A DNA stretch of 64,000 bases from the human T2T-CHM13v2.0 reference genome, Homo sapiens, in assembly GCF_009914755.1 (NCBI RefSeq), contig NC_060947.1. One strand, 5' to 3'. Under the pieces are notes generated by a model. That model was not told where the DNA came from. It was given only the letters and a program-made list of their open reading frames with translations, and searched no databases. Each line of letters begins with the position of its first letter. Within the stretch, counting starts at the first letter, position 1. A program made the position numbers and the translations under genes. Of the stretch, positions 27,761-41,786 are shown piece by piece.

Positions 27761-30269
27761 TGATATAGTTTGGATATTTGTCCTCACCCAAATCTCATGT
27801 TGAAATCTAATCCACAATGTTGGAGCCAGGGCCTGGTGGAAGGTGTTTGGATCATGAGGGTGGATCCCCCATGAATGGCTTGGGGCATCTCTGTGCTGAA
27901 AACTGAGCTCTCACTCTGAGTTGACACAAGATCTAGTTGTTTAAAAGGGTGTGGCACGTGCCCCATCACATTCTCTTGCTCCTGCTCCGGTCATGTGATG
28001 TGCCTGCCCCCACTTCACCAGCTGCCATAAGTAAAATCTTCCTGAGGCCTCCCCAAAGCAGATGCCAGTGATATGCTTCCTGCACAGCCTGCAGACCCAT
28101 GAGCCAATTAAACTTTTTTTCTTATAGGTTAACCATTGTCAGGTATTTGTTTATAGCGACGCAAGAAAGGCCTAATACAGAAAACTGGTACTGAGGGATA
28201 AAACATTGTTGTAAAGATACCTGAAAATGTGAAGCTGACTTTAGAACTGGGTAATGGGCAGAGGTTGGAAGAATTTGGAGGGCTCAAGATAAGACAGAAA
28301 AATGAGGAAAAGTTTGGAACTTGTTAGAGACTGATTAAATGGTAGTGACCAAAATGCTGATGGTGATATGGACAGTGAAATCTAGGCTGCTGAGATCTCA
28401 GATAGCAGTGAGGAATTTATTTGGAACTGGAGCAAAGTTCACATGTGTTATACCTTAGCAAAGATCCTGGGTTGCATCCGATTCATGCCCTAGGGATCTG
28501 TGGAAGTTTGAACTTGAGAGTGATGACCTGAGATATCTGGCATAAGAAACTTCTAAGCATCAAAGTGTTCAAGATGTGGCCTGGCTGCTTCTAACAACAT
28601 ATGCTCTTATGTGGAAGCAAAGAAATAATGAAAGGTTGAAAGTTATATTTAAACAGGAAGCAGAGCATTAAAGTTTGGAAAATTTGCAGCCTAGCTATGT
28701 GGCAAAAAAAGAAAAAAGCTCTTTTGGGAGAGAAATAAAAGCAGACTATGGAGCAACCATTTGCTAGACATATTTGCATATCTAAAAGAAAGCTAAGTGC
28801 TAATATCCAAAACAATGAGACAAAGACCTCAAAGGTATTTCATAGAACTTCATGCAGCCCCTCCCATCACAAGCCTAGAGGCCTAGGAGGGAAGAATTAT
28901 TTCTTGGGCCAGGCCCAGGGCTCTGCTCCCCTGCACAGCCTTGGGACACAGCTCCCTGCATCTCAGCTGCTTTAGCTCCAGCCTCAGCTCAGAGGACCCC
29001 AGATAATGCTCTTGCCACTACTCCAGAGGACACAAGCCACCATATCCCTCGGCAGCTTCTGTCTGATGTTAATACTACAGACACACAGAATGCTTGAGTG
29101 AATGAGACTTAGCAGCCTTTGCTAGGTTTCAGAAAATGTATGAGAAGGCCTGGGTGTCCAGGCAGAAGCCTGCTGCAGGGGCAGAGCCCTCACAGAGAAC
29201 CTCTACTAGGGCAGTGCAGAGGGAAAATAACGGGGTTGGAGCCCTTACACAGAGTCCCCACTGGGGCACTGCCTAGTGAAGCTATGAGAAAGGGGCTACG
29301 GGCTCTGAGACCCCAGAATGGTAGATCCCCTGGCAGTTTACAACTTCAGTATGGAAAAGCCACAGATGCACAACAACCTGTGAGAGCAGCACAGGGTCTG
29401 AACCCTGTAAAGCCACAGGGGCAGAGCTGCCCAAGGCCTCAGGAGTCCACCACTTGCATTAGTGTTCCCTGGAGTTAAGGGCACTTGGGACATGGAGTCA
29501 AAGGAGATTATTTTCGAGCTTTAAGATTTAATGACTGCCCTGCAGGGTTTTGAACTTGCGTGGGACCTTTCTTTTGGCTGATTTCTCTCTTTTGGAACAT
29601 GAATGTTTACCCAATGCCTATACCCCTGTTGTATCTTGGAAGTAAGTAATTTGAATTAATTGATTTTAAGTAACCAATTAGTTTTATAGGCTCATAGGTG
29701 GAAAGGACATGCTTTGTCTCACACGAGACTTTGGACTTTGGACTTTTGAGTTAATGATGAAACAAACCAAGACTTTTGGGGACTGTTGGAAAGGCATGAT
29801 TGTATTTTGCAATGTGAAAAGGACATGAGATTTGGGGGTGTCTAGGGGTGGAATGATATAGTTTGGATATTTGTTGCTGCTCAAATCTCATATTGAAATG
29901 TAATCCCCAATGTTGGAGGTGGTACCTGATGGGAGGTGTTTGGATTATGGGGGCAAATCCCTTGTGAATGTCTCAGGCCATCCCCTTGGTGATAAGTGAG
30001 TTCTCACTCTGAGTTCACATGAGATCTGGTTATTTAAAAATGTGTTGCACCTACCTCCACACCCTTTTTCCTGCTCTAGCCATGTGATATGCCTGCTCCT
30101 GCTTCAACTTCCATGAGTAAATGCTTCTTGAGGCCTCCCCAGAAGCAGACACGAGTGCTATGCTTCCTGTGCATCCTGCAGAACCATGAGCCAATTACAT
30201 CTCATTTTTTTTTATAAATTACCCAGTATCAGGTATTTCTTTATATGAATGCAAGAACTGCATAACACA
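27761..30269 (+). mobile_element. Full-length MST (MSTA/MSTB-like) MaLR provirus, LTRs about 27761-28179 and 29854-30269
   Basis: Both LTRs start tgatatagtttggatatttg. MaLR-int lies between them, with polypurine aggggtggaa before the 3' LTR. The TSD is not cleanly preserved. Confidence 0.9.
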
Positions 30270-31456
30270 TCCCTTTTGCCATATCGTTTTTAAAAATCCC
30301 TGGGGTTAAAAAAAAAACAAGCTGTGATATTGAAACATGTTTTCAGTGTCCTTCTAAACACATGCCACTCTTCTTTAGCTTGGTTTATATTAAGCTGATG
30401 CCTGTGCTAATGCTTGTCACTGATGATCATAACACTTTGATCACTAATTCCACTGGAAAGTAGTCTTCTAGTATGTTCTTTGAATAATAGGATTATATGA
30501 TGCGTAGAATATATCAAGATAATAAATGACTGGATATACAAATCATACTTATTTCTAGCATTTAGCATTTCTAAACAAAGGTCCTAGGAGCAACTTTTAA
30601 AATATTTCTGCACTTCAGTTTTCCTTTCTGCAAAATGGATCTTGCTTTCTTTATACTTTACTTCTATATTTACATATAAAATTTATATTTAAATTATAGT
30701 TTACATCTGAAAACTGGTTAGTCTAATCTGTAAGCCATGTTAACTTTTCATTTTAATTCAAGCAAGTCAATCTGTCATTTGCTGGCAGGCTAATTTGTTA
30801 ACAATTAATTGAATCAGATGAAACCACTGGTATCTGGTTTAAAAAATTTGTTGATCCATTCATATTTTTTGTTTTCCATTCATTGAATCACTATTGTGTA
30901 TCAGGTAGTGCTCAAGGTTTATGATTTAAATGGGAGAGACAAATAATGAACAAAATAAATAATTATATAATTCTCGATTAAGTATTTAGATAGACAAAAT
31001 GAACCCATATTTATTCTTTTGAAAACATAGTGGAGTTTGCTTTTATGCCCTATGAGACCAGGGTTTCTGAGTTATAAAAAGAAGTGAAACTACATATAAT
31101 TATTTACATGTATCTACCTTCTCATTGCTTAAAATTTTAATACTGAGTGATTTGTTAGAGTGCTATTTTTGTCTCTTATTTTTCACATTCCTAAAAAGAA
31201 GGTTATGGGATGTATGCAACTGTGATTGAGTGCATACACACGAAATACATTTGTTTTCATAATGTTACAAGTCTAGTTTTGGTTGTTTGAGTGCTCATAG
31301 ACTCAAATGAACACAGCACTTGGTGTACTTATTCATGAACTTAATATTTGCTTAGTCAGATAATGTTGAATGTTAGGATGAAAGAAAAATCTCTGATTTC
31401 TATAATGGACTTATATATTCACTGTTTTCGATTTTATTATTTTTGGGCCAGCATCC

Positions 31457-31662
31457 AGTGATATGCCTAAAAACCAGCTCCCCAAAAACCAAACAAATCA
31501 AAATAAGAAGAAAACTGCTATTTATAACATTTGCCAATTTTCTTGGTGTAAACATTTCTATCGTGGCAGATTTCAGGTTACCAACAGCTTAACAACTGGC
31601 TCACAAAATTAATGAATATTTAACAATTGGCTCTAGTTTGAGCAGGTCCAAGGCAGCACCCT
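31457..31662 (-). mobile_element. MER63-like hAT DNA transposon remnant
   Basis: ttaacaactggctcacaaaatt...aatatttaacaattggctct resembles the MER63 reverse complement. Confidence 0.65.
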
Positions 31663-32212
31663 CCTTTAAAAATATTGTACTACATATGAAATGGGTATCA
31701 CTTCAGACTCTTCACGGCAATCTTTTCTTATATCTATTAAGCAAAGCAAACAACAAAAACTTTTCCAACCAGTTTACTTTTCAATACCTTCAACAAAGCA
31801 TGACACATTAACTAAATATTTGAGAATTCTCTATAAAAGTGAATGAAAAAAGTTTGTTTACCAGTTTAATTTATACCACTTTAACAGAGAATGGTATTAA
31901 ATTGGAAGGGAGTTTAGCTTAATTGCATTTGGATCATTTTTTTATCAGCATGTAAATATTGGTAAAAAAAAGAAAATGTTTGGTGATTAGAAGTGTGGAT
32001 GCCTGCAAATGTCCTCAAATAGTGAAAGCTACCACAAGGGAAAATACACCTGGCTAAGCCTTTTTCATTTTAGGTCTCAGAAGTGATATAACTTGTAGAA
32101 GCTTAGATTCCAAAGAAAATATTTATGGCTTACATAGTTTGATAGATTTCCTTGCCTTCATGGATTTAAATAATTAACAATGCATCTTAGATGCATAGGA
32201 TATATCTACTAT

Positions 32213-32411
32213 AGCAACACTGCCCGTAATGGTAGCCACTAGGCATGTGTGGGTATTTTAACTTAAATAAAAATATAAAATTCAAACTTCAGTTAATGAA
32301 TTAGTCACATTTCAAGTGCTCAATAGTCACATGTTATTTGTGGCTACTATATTAGACAGCACAGTTATAGAATGTTTTCATCATTGGAGAAAGTTCCATT
32401 GGACAGCACTC
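32213..32411 (-). mobile_element. MER3-like hAT-Charlie MITE
   Basis: atggtagccactag...cacatttcaagtgctcaatagtcacatg...gaaagttccattggacagcact. Confidence 0.8.
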
Positions 32412-32784
32412 CATTAAATAGGGTGAATGGAAGGTCTAGAACCATCAGTCATTTTGAGAACAAGAAAGGATAATAAAGACTTAAAAATCAGCAAGTGTCT
32501 TGAAATTATTCTTTCAGTTACCCAGAAAGGACAGCTACTATTGACTTTTGGCTTATTGTGCTATTGTCTTCATCACTTTCTGTTAGAAAACAGAATTCAC
32601 TGATTTAGCAAATGTTGAATGTATGCAAAATACTCTGTTATATTGCTTTGTCCAAAACACAGAAAAGAAACAGACATAGAAAACCTCCACCCCCAAAAGG
32701 ATTTATAGAATTATATGCCACTTCTGGCTAAAGCCATCATAATTTGTTAGTTAAATAAGATGCATTCAGAAGCAGATTTTATTA

Positions 32785-33033
32785 GAGGTAGTATGGTATA
32801 ATTGCTATCTGCCTGGATTTGAATCCTGGTTTTACCACTCCTTGTTATGTGACCTTAGGCAAATTAATTAACTTGCCTGTGTCTCAGATTGCCTCATGGT
32901 CCCAATGAAATGGAGATGCTAATTGTAACTACTTCATAGTGTTAACATAGGCCTAAGTGAGATAAAGCATGTTAACACATTTAGAGCAATGTTTGGCACC
33001 TACTAAGTGCACAGCATGTATTAGCCAATATTT
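32785..33033 (+). mobile_element. MIR SINE, near full length
   Basis: ctgcctggatttgaatcctgg...tgtgaccttaggcaaatt...tggcacctactaagtgc. Confidence 0.85.
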
Positions 33034-36000
33034 TCTTTATGTTTTACATTCAATAATCCATATAGAAATAGTAATAAGTAGAAAACAATATTGTGGCCAA
33101 AAGCTAGCATGAGATATAAGTGGCTTCCTCTATGTAGGTTCTTCTGTATGTTCTCTTATCAGTAATGGGACAAAGGGAGGCCCCACCATTAAATTCACCT
33201 ACAGTTATTGGCCTACAGCATTGATTTACCTGTGATAGTTGCCTTGATTTGATACCCCAGAATAAAGATTATGAGCCTGATGGGGGCTGGAGAAGGGTGC
33301 CCAATTTAATATCAAATTTGACCTGGTTGGTGTTTAATTTTAAATAATATTTGAATGTTTACATGTGAATTATTTAGTATAGTTTGCACCGTGGGCACCT
33401 ACAATGCATATGAAAACACACATATGCCTTCCTTTCATCCCCAACGTGGTGCGTTAGGCAGTCAATAAATATTTGTTGCATGAGTGAGTAAAAGCTAAAG
33501 GAGTCACTGGATATTAAACTTTGGGCAGTGTTTCCAACATAAACTATTATTAGTAATACAGACTTTAAATCCAAAAGTGGGAAAGACATTACAAGTTGCA
33601 AACAAATGTTTCTTGTTGTTTTTTGTCAGTAGATAGTTTGGGAATATTGCTACACAAGGCACATGGTAAATTTTAGTTCTGGCTCAGATCCCTTTGGTGT
33701 TGGCTCAACTATTAGCATGTGTAGCTAAATAACTAATATAGCTATAACATGAATTGGAAATTGCATTATGATCATTAGGCTTGCAAGACTATTAATCCTT
33801 CAATTATATTACTGAATGTGGCAAAATCATGAAGACAAAATTAGGTAAAATACCTTACTGGTATGGAATTCTATTCCCTGTTTGACATTTAAGTGTCTTA
33901 CAGTACATTTTTCTCTATTTGTGGGAAACTGTGTAATGTCAGTGTGCCATAGTTTTGTTCTGATAACACATTTAAGAAATTTAAGTTGGAAGCTGTTATT
34001 TGGCAGTTTACCAACACCATCTGATTAGCTCTGTTTCTTGTTTGGCTGAGCAGCTGGCAATTAATGAATTGATAGGAAATGGTCACACGGCAGTGGCATT
34101 AGCGTGTGAACATCTGGTATTAAAATTAGTCAACACAGAGGTTTTTGTGTGATAATTCAAATTCACTGACAAGAATCACTACTTGGGTCTCATTCTAAGT
34201 GCTCTATGGAAAGAGAAAGCTATTACTATCTCAGAGCATGAGACGAAGATACATTTAGTGGGCATTAAGGGTTGTTTGTGTTTGTTTGTTAGTTTGGGTG
34301 GGTGGGTGGGTGGCAGAGTTACAAGCCCACAACTTAACTTGGAAACCATGCATTTTTCCCACTGAACTATTCATTCTCCCACTTGAAGGTATTTTATGCT
34401 ATGGTCAGATATGGCTGATTCCTTTAATCTGTAAGCCTTTTCCAGGACAAGTTCATCACATTAAAGAGATGAGAGGGTTCTTTGTTCAGACACCACATAG
34501 GTCACACAAAGGGTGTGTGTATTATTTTGGACTCTCGTGCTTACATATTCCAGCTGCACCCCCAATCTGGCATCATTTCTTATGCATAATATTATATTAT
34601 CTCCTCTAATTCGGGATTGAAATTATGCCTTCAAAACCACTGAAGAGTGAAAGCTGCCATTATCTAGAATATTTTTTCTGAGTGGTGAGTTTCTTAACCA
34701 TTCCTAGAGAAACAAGGTAAGAGTATTGCGGATTCACTGTTTCATAGACTAATGAAACACATATATTGTGATAAATTCTACCCTGGAATAGGGAGTTTAA
34801 CAATTGCTAAATTGCATAATTTTTCCTTTTTAACCTCAAGAGCCCTTTTTCCATTTTTTAAGTTTATGAAAACTTTGCTATATTCATCACTGTTAATTTA
34901 AATTCAATGGTAAATTGGTGATTGTAGAACACAGACCAATGCTTGAATTGGTTCATAAAGATCCATAAAGTGTCATGCTTCCAATAGTATTTAGATATAC
35001 CAACTTTCAGCATAAAGTACTACCCCTATTTAGTGGTAAGCTACATTAGTAAAAACAATGAGCAAATTTTTATTTTACTGTCTCTGGTTTTATTATTAAA
35101 GTCTTTCAAGTTACAGTCTGTTCTGTTTCTGCAGAACTCTGGTGACAACACAGAAGAAGCATATCAATTAAATATGAAATATCAAGACAAATACATGCAT
35201 AAAATATCCAACATTCAAATAAACTTCCAAAAGCCACTCCTCAGTAGCAAAATGCCATTAAATCCTTTAGGAACACATTAATAGATTAACATTTGGAAAA
35301 GTAATTACAATGAGAGTTGAAGTCAAACTAAATAAAAAAAGAAGACATCTATTACATAATTCTACTGAATTCTTGAAAGAAATCAATATAATAAAATATC
35401 AGAGGAAATTCAACGTTGAGACAGTTGTTTTTAAAAGGCAATGGAACATGTGCACATACATATTACCACATGGTAGAGATATTTAACACACATATGTTAG
35501 TACTTCATAAATTCTGTGTATACTTCCATATTTCCAAGAATGTAAAATAATATATTGAAATGAAATAAATGGCCTCTATGAACATGGTCAGAGTTGATAC
35601 TTTAGTGCCAATAAACTGAATCTTAAGCCAAATTGACTGTGTTAAACCTTATAAAAAACTAAATTTTCTAAACATTGTCCCATTCTTTATGAAGGTTCAA
35701 ATGTACTTTCAAATAATTTGATAAAATGGGCAACATTTTTAACCATTTGTGATATATCTCTAAAGAAAAGGAACTGGTATAGTAGAGGAAGGGATTGTAT
35801 GTACTAATTAATAGCATTTTCCGTAACAACTTATTCTTTTTAGGCAAAGTCCTTGAACTATGTGAGTACACATCAGAATCTGAGTTATTATTGAAGATTG
35901 TATTACTAATTGCAGGGAAAAATAGGAATTGTGAGAATGTATAAATTTTGGAAATCTCTGTCCTTTGCTACTTTGGATTTGGAGAAGACTTCTGTGGTGT

Positions 36001-37834
36001 TTCATAGGAGCTGCAGCTATTTTTGATGGGGCACAAATTAAATATGTGAAAAGTAACAGGGTTGTAAAAGTCATAAATGCCACATAAATGAAGTTATCAA
36101 TGAGTAAAAGTGATTAGAGTTTTAGATTTGCAAGTTTCCTTTTTAAATACTTATTGATTTGTTGCAAATACTGTTAACCCTGTATTTGGCAAATGGTGAA
36201 GGCATTATCACTTGTGTTCTCATTTGTAATAAAACAGATTAACTTGCTGTGAAATTTTAACTAGGCTGAGACACAACAGTAGCCACCTAATGAACCAAAG
36301 CATATTGCAGTTAAGTAGGTAAATAGATGCATACTTATTACAGGGCTAAAAAATTGATCTGTTTACTTGCAAAGAAGAAATTGTTCATATAATTATTCAT
36401 TATTTTAGGAGAACTTAAACATTCCACTTCCACAGAGATTTAAAAAAAAACACAACACCTAATTCTTAATCAATGTACGACACTGCATTCATATAACATG
36501 GTTTGCATGGTGAAAAAAGTCTGACTTCTGTGCTGCCTTAGAAAAATAACAATGGACTGAAACTTGATCGAATTTGGTAAGTACAGGCTACAAAATCTTA
36601 AAGGAGAAAATTTGCTTCATACAAAATGTTACTGTCACTCTTAATATTCACCTTCTAAATTATGTTCTCAAAGTTTGTTCATTGTTTTACATAATATGCT
36701 GCTGAAAATGCAAAGAAGGAGTTTCAGCATAAATTATTGGAGTTTATATCATTTTATCCTATGCTAATTTTAAATATGTTAGGGGAATCCACTATTTTTT
36801 CTTAATATTAGTTAATATCAATTGCATTTTTGTTAACGTTCTTGATATTTTCTGTTTTTATAGGTGCTCTTATGATTTTTATTTACTCATAATGAGCATT
36901 CAGTTTTTATTAGGCAGAGTGAGCAAGACCAAGTTTCACTGTCAGTTGGATTCTCTTGCTTTTTTAAACCATGAAACTGTAGGGATCACTTAAAAATTGT
37001 TTATTTTTATTCCAGCAGCATACATTGCTGTATATGTGATTCTGGTTTGCTGTTACACAGTGATTTTCCTTTTGTAAGTTTTATTTTTTCACAATAACTG
37101 CTGCACTTTGTCCCTTTCCATTCATTCAGAGGTCCATTAGAGATAAACATAGTTCATTGAATTACACATATTTAAAGGAAATTTTCAGGGTTGGAATTCA
37201 AACACAAATAGTGAATGTTCTGCGGTTTTTGCACATATTTTGGCATGGAATCAGTGAGACACAATGATGAAAGGCAAAAATGGCCACATATATTAAATTC
37301 CTTTTATATATATACACATGCACACACATACTATTTCAATAATATATTTGAAAGCATTATAGTTTAAGTTGAATTTCACAACTGATAAACTACAAGTCTA
37401 TTTTTAAAAAGTGAAAGGGTATGATAGAAGGGCTGTATGGATATTGCTGTCAGTACCCATATCATCCCTCCAAAATGTGAATAGAATTATTGGGGGAAAA
37501 AACTTGATTCTTTTCTTCTGTTTTGCTTCTGTATTTCTTTTTATTTTTCCGTGCAGACATTATGTGACAAGTAGATATTTTCCTGCAGACTAAATATAAA
37601 AGAAATGTATCAGTATTCTACTCTGTTTGGAAACATTGTTTTGGAGGCATGACAACAGCTATAAAGTCCTTAACATGTAATATACATTTAAAATTATTGC
37701 TATTTAATTAGCATATATTGTAGCTAATATACTCAAAATCTACTATTCATTTCACTAAAATTGTTGGATGTTAATGAAATGCTAAGCAATAATGTCAAAC
37801 AAAATTTAAAAATATGCATACTACATTGATGACC

Positions 37835-38552
37835 GTATTAGTGTTCTATTGTTGCTATAACAAATTGCCACAAATTTAGTGGTTTAACACAGTGCAAATT
37901 TATTATCTTGGAGTTCTGTAGGTCAGAAGTTGGACATGAGGTTCACTAGGCTAAAAGCAAGGTGTGGTCAAGGTGTGCTGCATTTCTTTCTATAGGCTCC
38001 AGAGAAGAATCTGTTATCTGTTTTCTTTTCTTCTTTTAAAATAATTTCAACTTTTATTTAGATATATGGGATACATGTGCAAGTTTTTTACATGAATATA
38101 TTATGTGATGGTGAGGTTTAGGATACTAATGATCCTGTCACCTAGGTAGTGAGTATAGTGTCTAATAGGTAGTTTTTCAGCCCTTTCTCTCTCCCTCTCT
38201 ACCCCCTCTAGAAGTGCCCAATGTTTATTGTTAAAGGTCACTCACATCTCTTTGCTCATGGCTCCCTTCTTCCATCTTCAAAGCCAGCAATGTTGCATCT
38301 CTGTGACAATTCCTCTGCAGTCATGTCTCCCTCTGACCCTTCTTTTCTGCCTGTGTCTTCCACAGTTTAGAATCCTGGTGATCAGATTGGGTCCACTAAG
38401 ATAATCCAGTATAATCTCCCTATTTCATGATTCTCAATTGCATCTGCAAAGTCCCTTTGGCCATGTGAAGTAACAAATTCACAGGTTCCTGTAATTAAGA
38501 TGTGGAGTGGAGATTTTAAGTTGGGGAGGTGGCATCACTGTGCCCGCTGCAA
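37835..38552 (-). mobile_element. MLT1-family MaLR solo LTR interrupted by an L1 3' fragment (about 38020-38233)
   Basis: gtattagtgttctattgttgctataacaaattgccacaaatttagtgg...ttccatcttcaaagccagcaa...catctgcaaagtccctttggccatgtgaagtaaca. Confidence 0.8.
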
Positions 38553-39165
38553 TGCCAGACATTGGATAATGTTAACTACTACTAATGAAATAATAAATTT
38601 TAACTCTCATGCTATTACTTTTGCATTAAACGAACAGTTTTTTAGGGGGGTTATTTGGGCTTCTCATGCAAAATCAATGTGGAAATGTACAAGCACATAT
38701 TCGACAAATTATTTCTTAATGTTATAATGATTAGAATAATGATGTGATTACAGATAATTAGACACAACATTTAATTGAAGAAATTTATTATGGATGAATT
38801 AAATATTTTATAGAACATTCTCTGTGCTGGCATGTTTATCACCCAGTCACATTTATTGCATAAGTGCATAAACCCTGCAATTTGGTTCTTTTATTGATCA
38901 AATTAACTTAATGATTTGGATTTAGTCATCAATTTGTGATGCATAAACATAGTGAATAGCTTCAGTGTTTTATAGCAATTTTAATAATCAGAAGTCTTGA
39001 GAGCCATAATAATTACTGCAGAAGTATGCAAAAATATTTTATTAAAATACATTATTGAAAACTACAAAAATATATGGAATAGTAGAAGAATTGACCTTGA
39101 TAGATCATAGTGTAAGTTTGAAAAAAAACAATAATGGTGTACTGTGACTATTAAAATATGTATAC

Positions 39166-39487
<322 letters not shown>

Positions 39488-40029
39488 TAAGTTATTAAGG
39501 TCTGAGAGGTTATAGGTATCTAATATACAAGTATATTATTTCTATAAATTTTATCCATGCAGAAAAGCTCAACATGTGCCAGGTGCCACAATTTGTGAGT
39601 TTTATTCCAGGGCTCTCAAGTCTTTACATTTGGGAGTTCTCCTTCTTAATGAGATAGGAGTATCACACTCCAGGCCTTGCCATGAACTTCACATCAATCT
39701 GGAAACTACAATAACAATAACCTTCAAAACACACCTACACTGTTAATCATTTATGAATTTTTTAGCAGAGCAAATGGAAATTAACTTTTCTTGACCCTTT
39801 ACTATATGCTTTTTTGACTTTTTCTATAATTTAGCCCTCATGATATTTTATTAATTTCACAAGAATCAAAAATATATTTTTGTTTAAATATATGTATTTA
39901 AGACCAATTATTGTAGATGTGTACACTTTCACAATAAGTGAGAGGTCAACATTTCAAATGTAGAGACTCAACCAACATAAAAACTTGGCGCATAGATGAC
40001 ATTTCCTTTTGTGTTTCCTTTTGTGTCAG

Positions 40030-40165
40030 GAGCGGATCCCAGAGAGTCCTTCTCCTGCTCCTTCTCTAGAAGAGAATCATCGTCCTGGGAGCCAGACCTC
40101 TTCCCACACCAGCAGCAGTGTGTCCAGCTCTCCCTCTCAGATGGATCATCATTTGGAAAGAATGG
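40030..40165 (+). CDS. DACH2: DACH2 internal coding exon, 136 nt, phase 0 to 1
   Basis: Long polypyrimidine acceptor tttccttttgtgtttccttttgtgtcag|GAG and donor ATGG|gtgagt. Translates ERIPESPSPAPSLEENHRPGSQTSSHTSSSVSSSPSQMDHHLERM, in frame with the exon ending at 14996 (intron 14997-40029). Confidence 0.96.
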
Positions 40166-40614
40166 GTGAGTAACTTTTCTGAAACAGGTAATTGGAAAAC
40201 ATTGTTTCTGGAAATTAGTTGTTAGGAAAAATAGAGGAGAGGGAAAAGCTGGGGAAGCTGATACCTCCTTAATATAAATAGCTTTTTGAAATTTGGTCTT
40301 TTGTAATTGCTGAAACAATATGACTAACAAAATGAAACTTACATTGTTAGAAGTTTGTTCTCTGGAAAGATCTTCCTTTACTGTATCATTCAATCTCATG
40401 GAAGTAATATGATGAAATTTTTGTAGAGTATGGGTGAGTTCTATATGTGATACAATACGCCTGACACAGTCACAACATCTTTTGAATAAGGGAAGTTAAA
40501 ATATCCTTTAGGCAGTTGCCCATTTAAGAGTGATTAAAAAGTGAATCAATATAAGATTTGCCAAAATCTCAACAACTTAGATCACAAATATTTAACAGGA
40601 TTTCACCTACATGT

Positions 40615-40852
40615 ATTTATTTTATTTTATTTATTTATTATTATTATTTTTATACTTTAAGTTTTAGGGTACATGTGCACAATGTGCAGGTTAGTTACAT
40701 ATGTATACATCTGCCATGCTGGTGTGCTGCACCCATTAACTCGTCATTTAGCATTAGGTATATCTCCTAATGCTATCCCTCCCCCCTCCCCCCACCCCAC
40801 AACAGTCCCCGGAGTATGATGTTCCCCTTCCTGTGTACATGTGTTCTCATTT
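40615..40852 (-). mobile_element. Young L1PA (about L1PA3) 5'-truncated 3' end
   Basis: tatactttaagttttagggtacatgtgcacaatgtgcaggttagttac...ccccacaacagtcccc. TSD gatttc(a/c)cctacat starts at 40599 and 40853. Confidence 0.93.
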
Positions 40853-41598
40853 GATTTCCCCTACATTTATATATATTTTGTTTTCTCAGAAGCCTTACAC
40901 CATAGATGCTATTCCAGAAATTGGTTGTGATGTGGCATATTGGGAATTTTAGTCTAGCTATAGGTCTGGCACTAACTAGCTGTAACATCTTGTGTATGCC
41001 ACTTAACCACCATGAGTTTCTTTACCTATTATACGGAAAAAACTTATCACCCTGCCTAATGCACTGGATTATTGAGCGGTGAAATGAAATATTATGTGAA
41101 AAAAGTGCCAAGGAAGTGTGGGCAATAAAAATTACTCTTCTCTGTGTGACTTGACTTTGATTACTTATCATTTCCTTCTATATAATTCTACTCAGGTATA
41201 TAGAAGTCGACAGGTACATTCAGCTGTAACAAATTCTCATTTAGTATATAGTAATTACCGATCAATTGAGCTAGGTAAAATATTTGTTGATCTTCTATAC
41301 CTACACAGTCCAATTTCCTATGTACCCATTTCCTTTCAGGAAAATGATTTTTGCTATTCCTTTACTCTTACAAGGGGGAAGTTCTTTAAGTGAACTCTGA
41401 ATGTTTACAGCTCATAATAGCGATTGCTTTCAGCCTTTCCAAAATAATGTATTTTCTTGGGGGAAGAGAAATTTGGGAGGCTAGGGAAGGTTTTAGATTC
41501 CAGAAGGATGAAGACTATCTCTTGGGGAAATTAGTCCAAATCTCACTTAGCTTGTCAGTATTATATGTTTTTTGGAGCCCTTTAGCTTCATAGTGAGC

Positions 41599-41786
41599 AT
41601 AGCAGTTCTCAAATCTGGCTCCCAATTATAATCACCTATGGAGTTTTTACTAATATGGATGCTGAGGCCACAAGCTCAGAGTTTGATTCACTTGGTCTGG
41701 AATAGAGCCTGGGCAGCAGTATTTTGTTTTGCTTTTCAGCATTTCTTCAAGAGATTCTTATATGTAGCCAGGGTTAAGAACCAGTG
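41599..41786. mobile_element. MER5-like hAT-Charlie MITE
   Basis: cagttctcaaa...aatcacct...tgtagccagggttaagaaccagtg with degenerate terminal inverted repeats. Confidence 0.7.

Noticed and set aside
36840-37015. Additional acceptor-like tracts (tttctgtttttatag at 36863; tttattccag at about 37015)
   Set aside because: No supported exon structure or homology visible.
39968-40399. 143-aa minus-strand ORF overlapping the DACH2 exon
   Set aside because: Antisense shadow of a Ser/Pro-rich exon; no recognisable protein, promoter or splice support.
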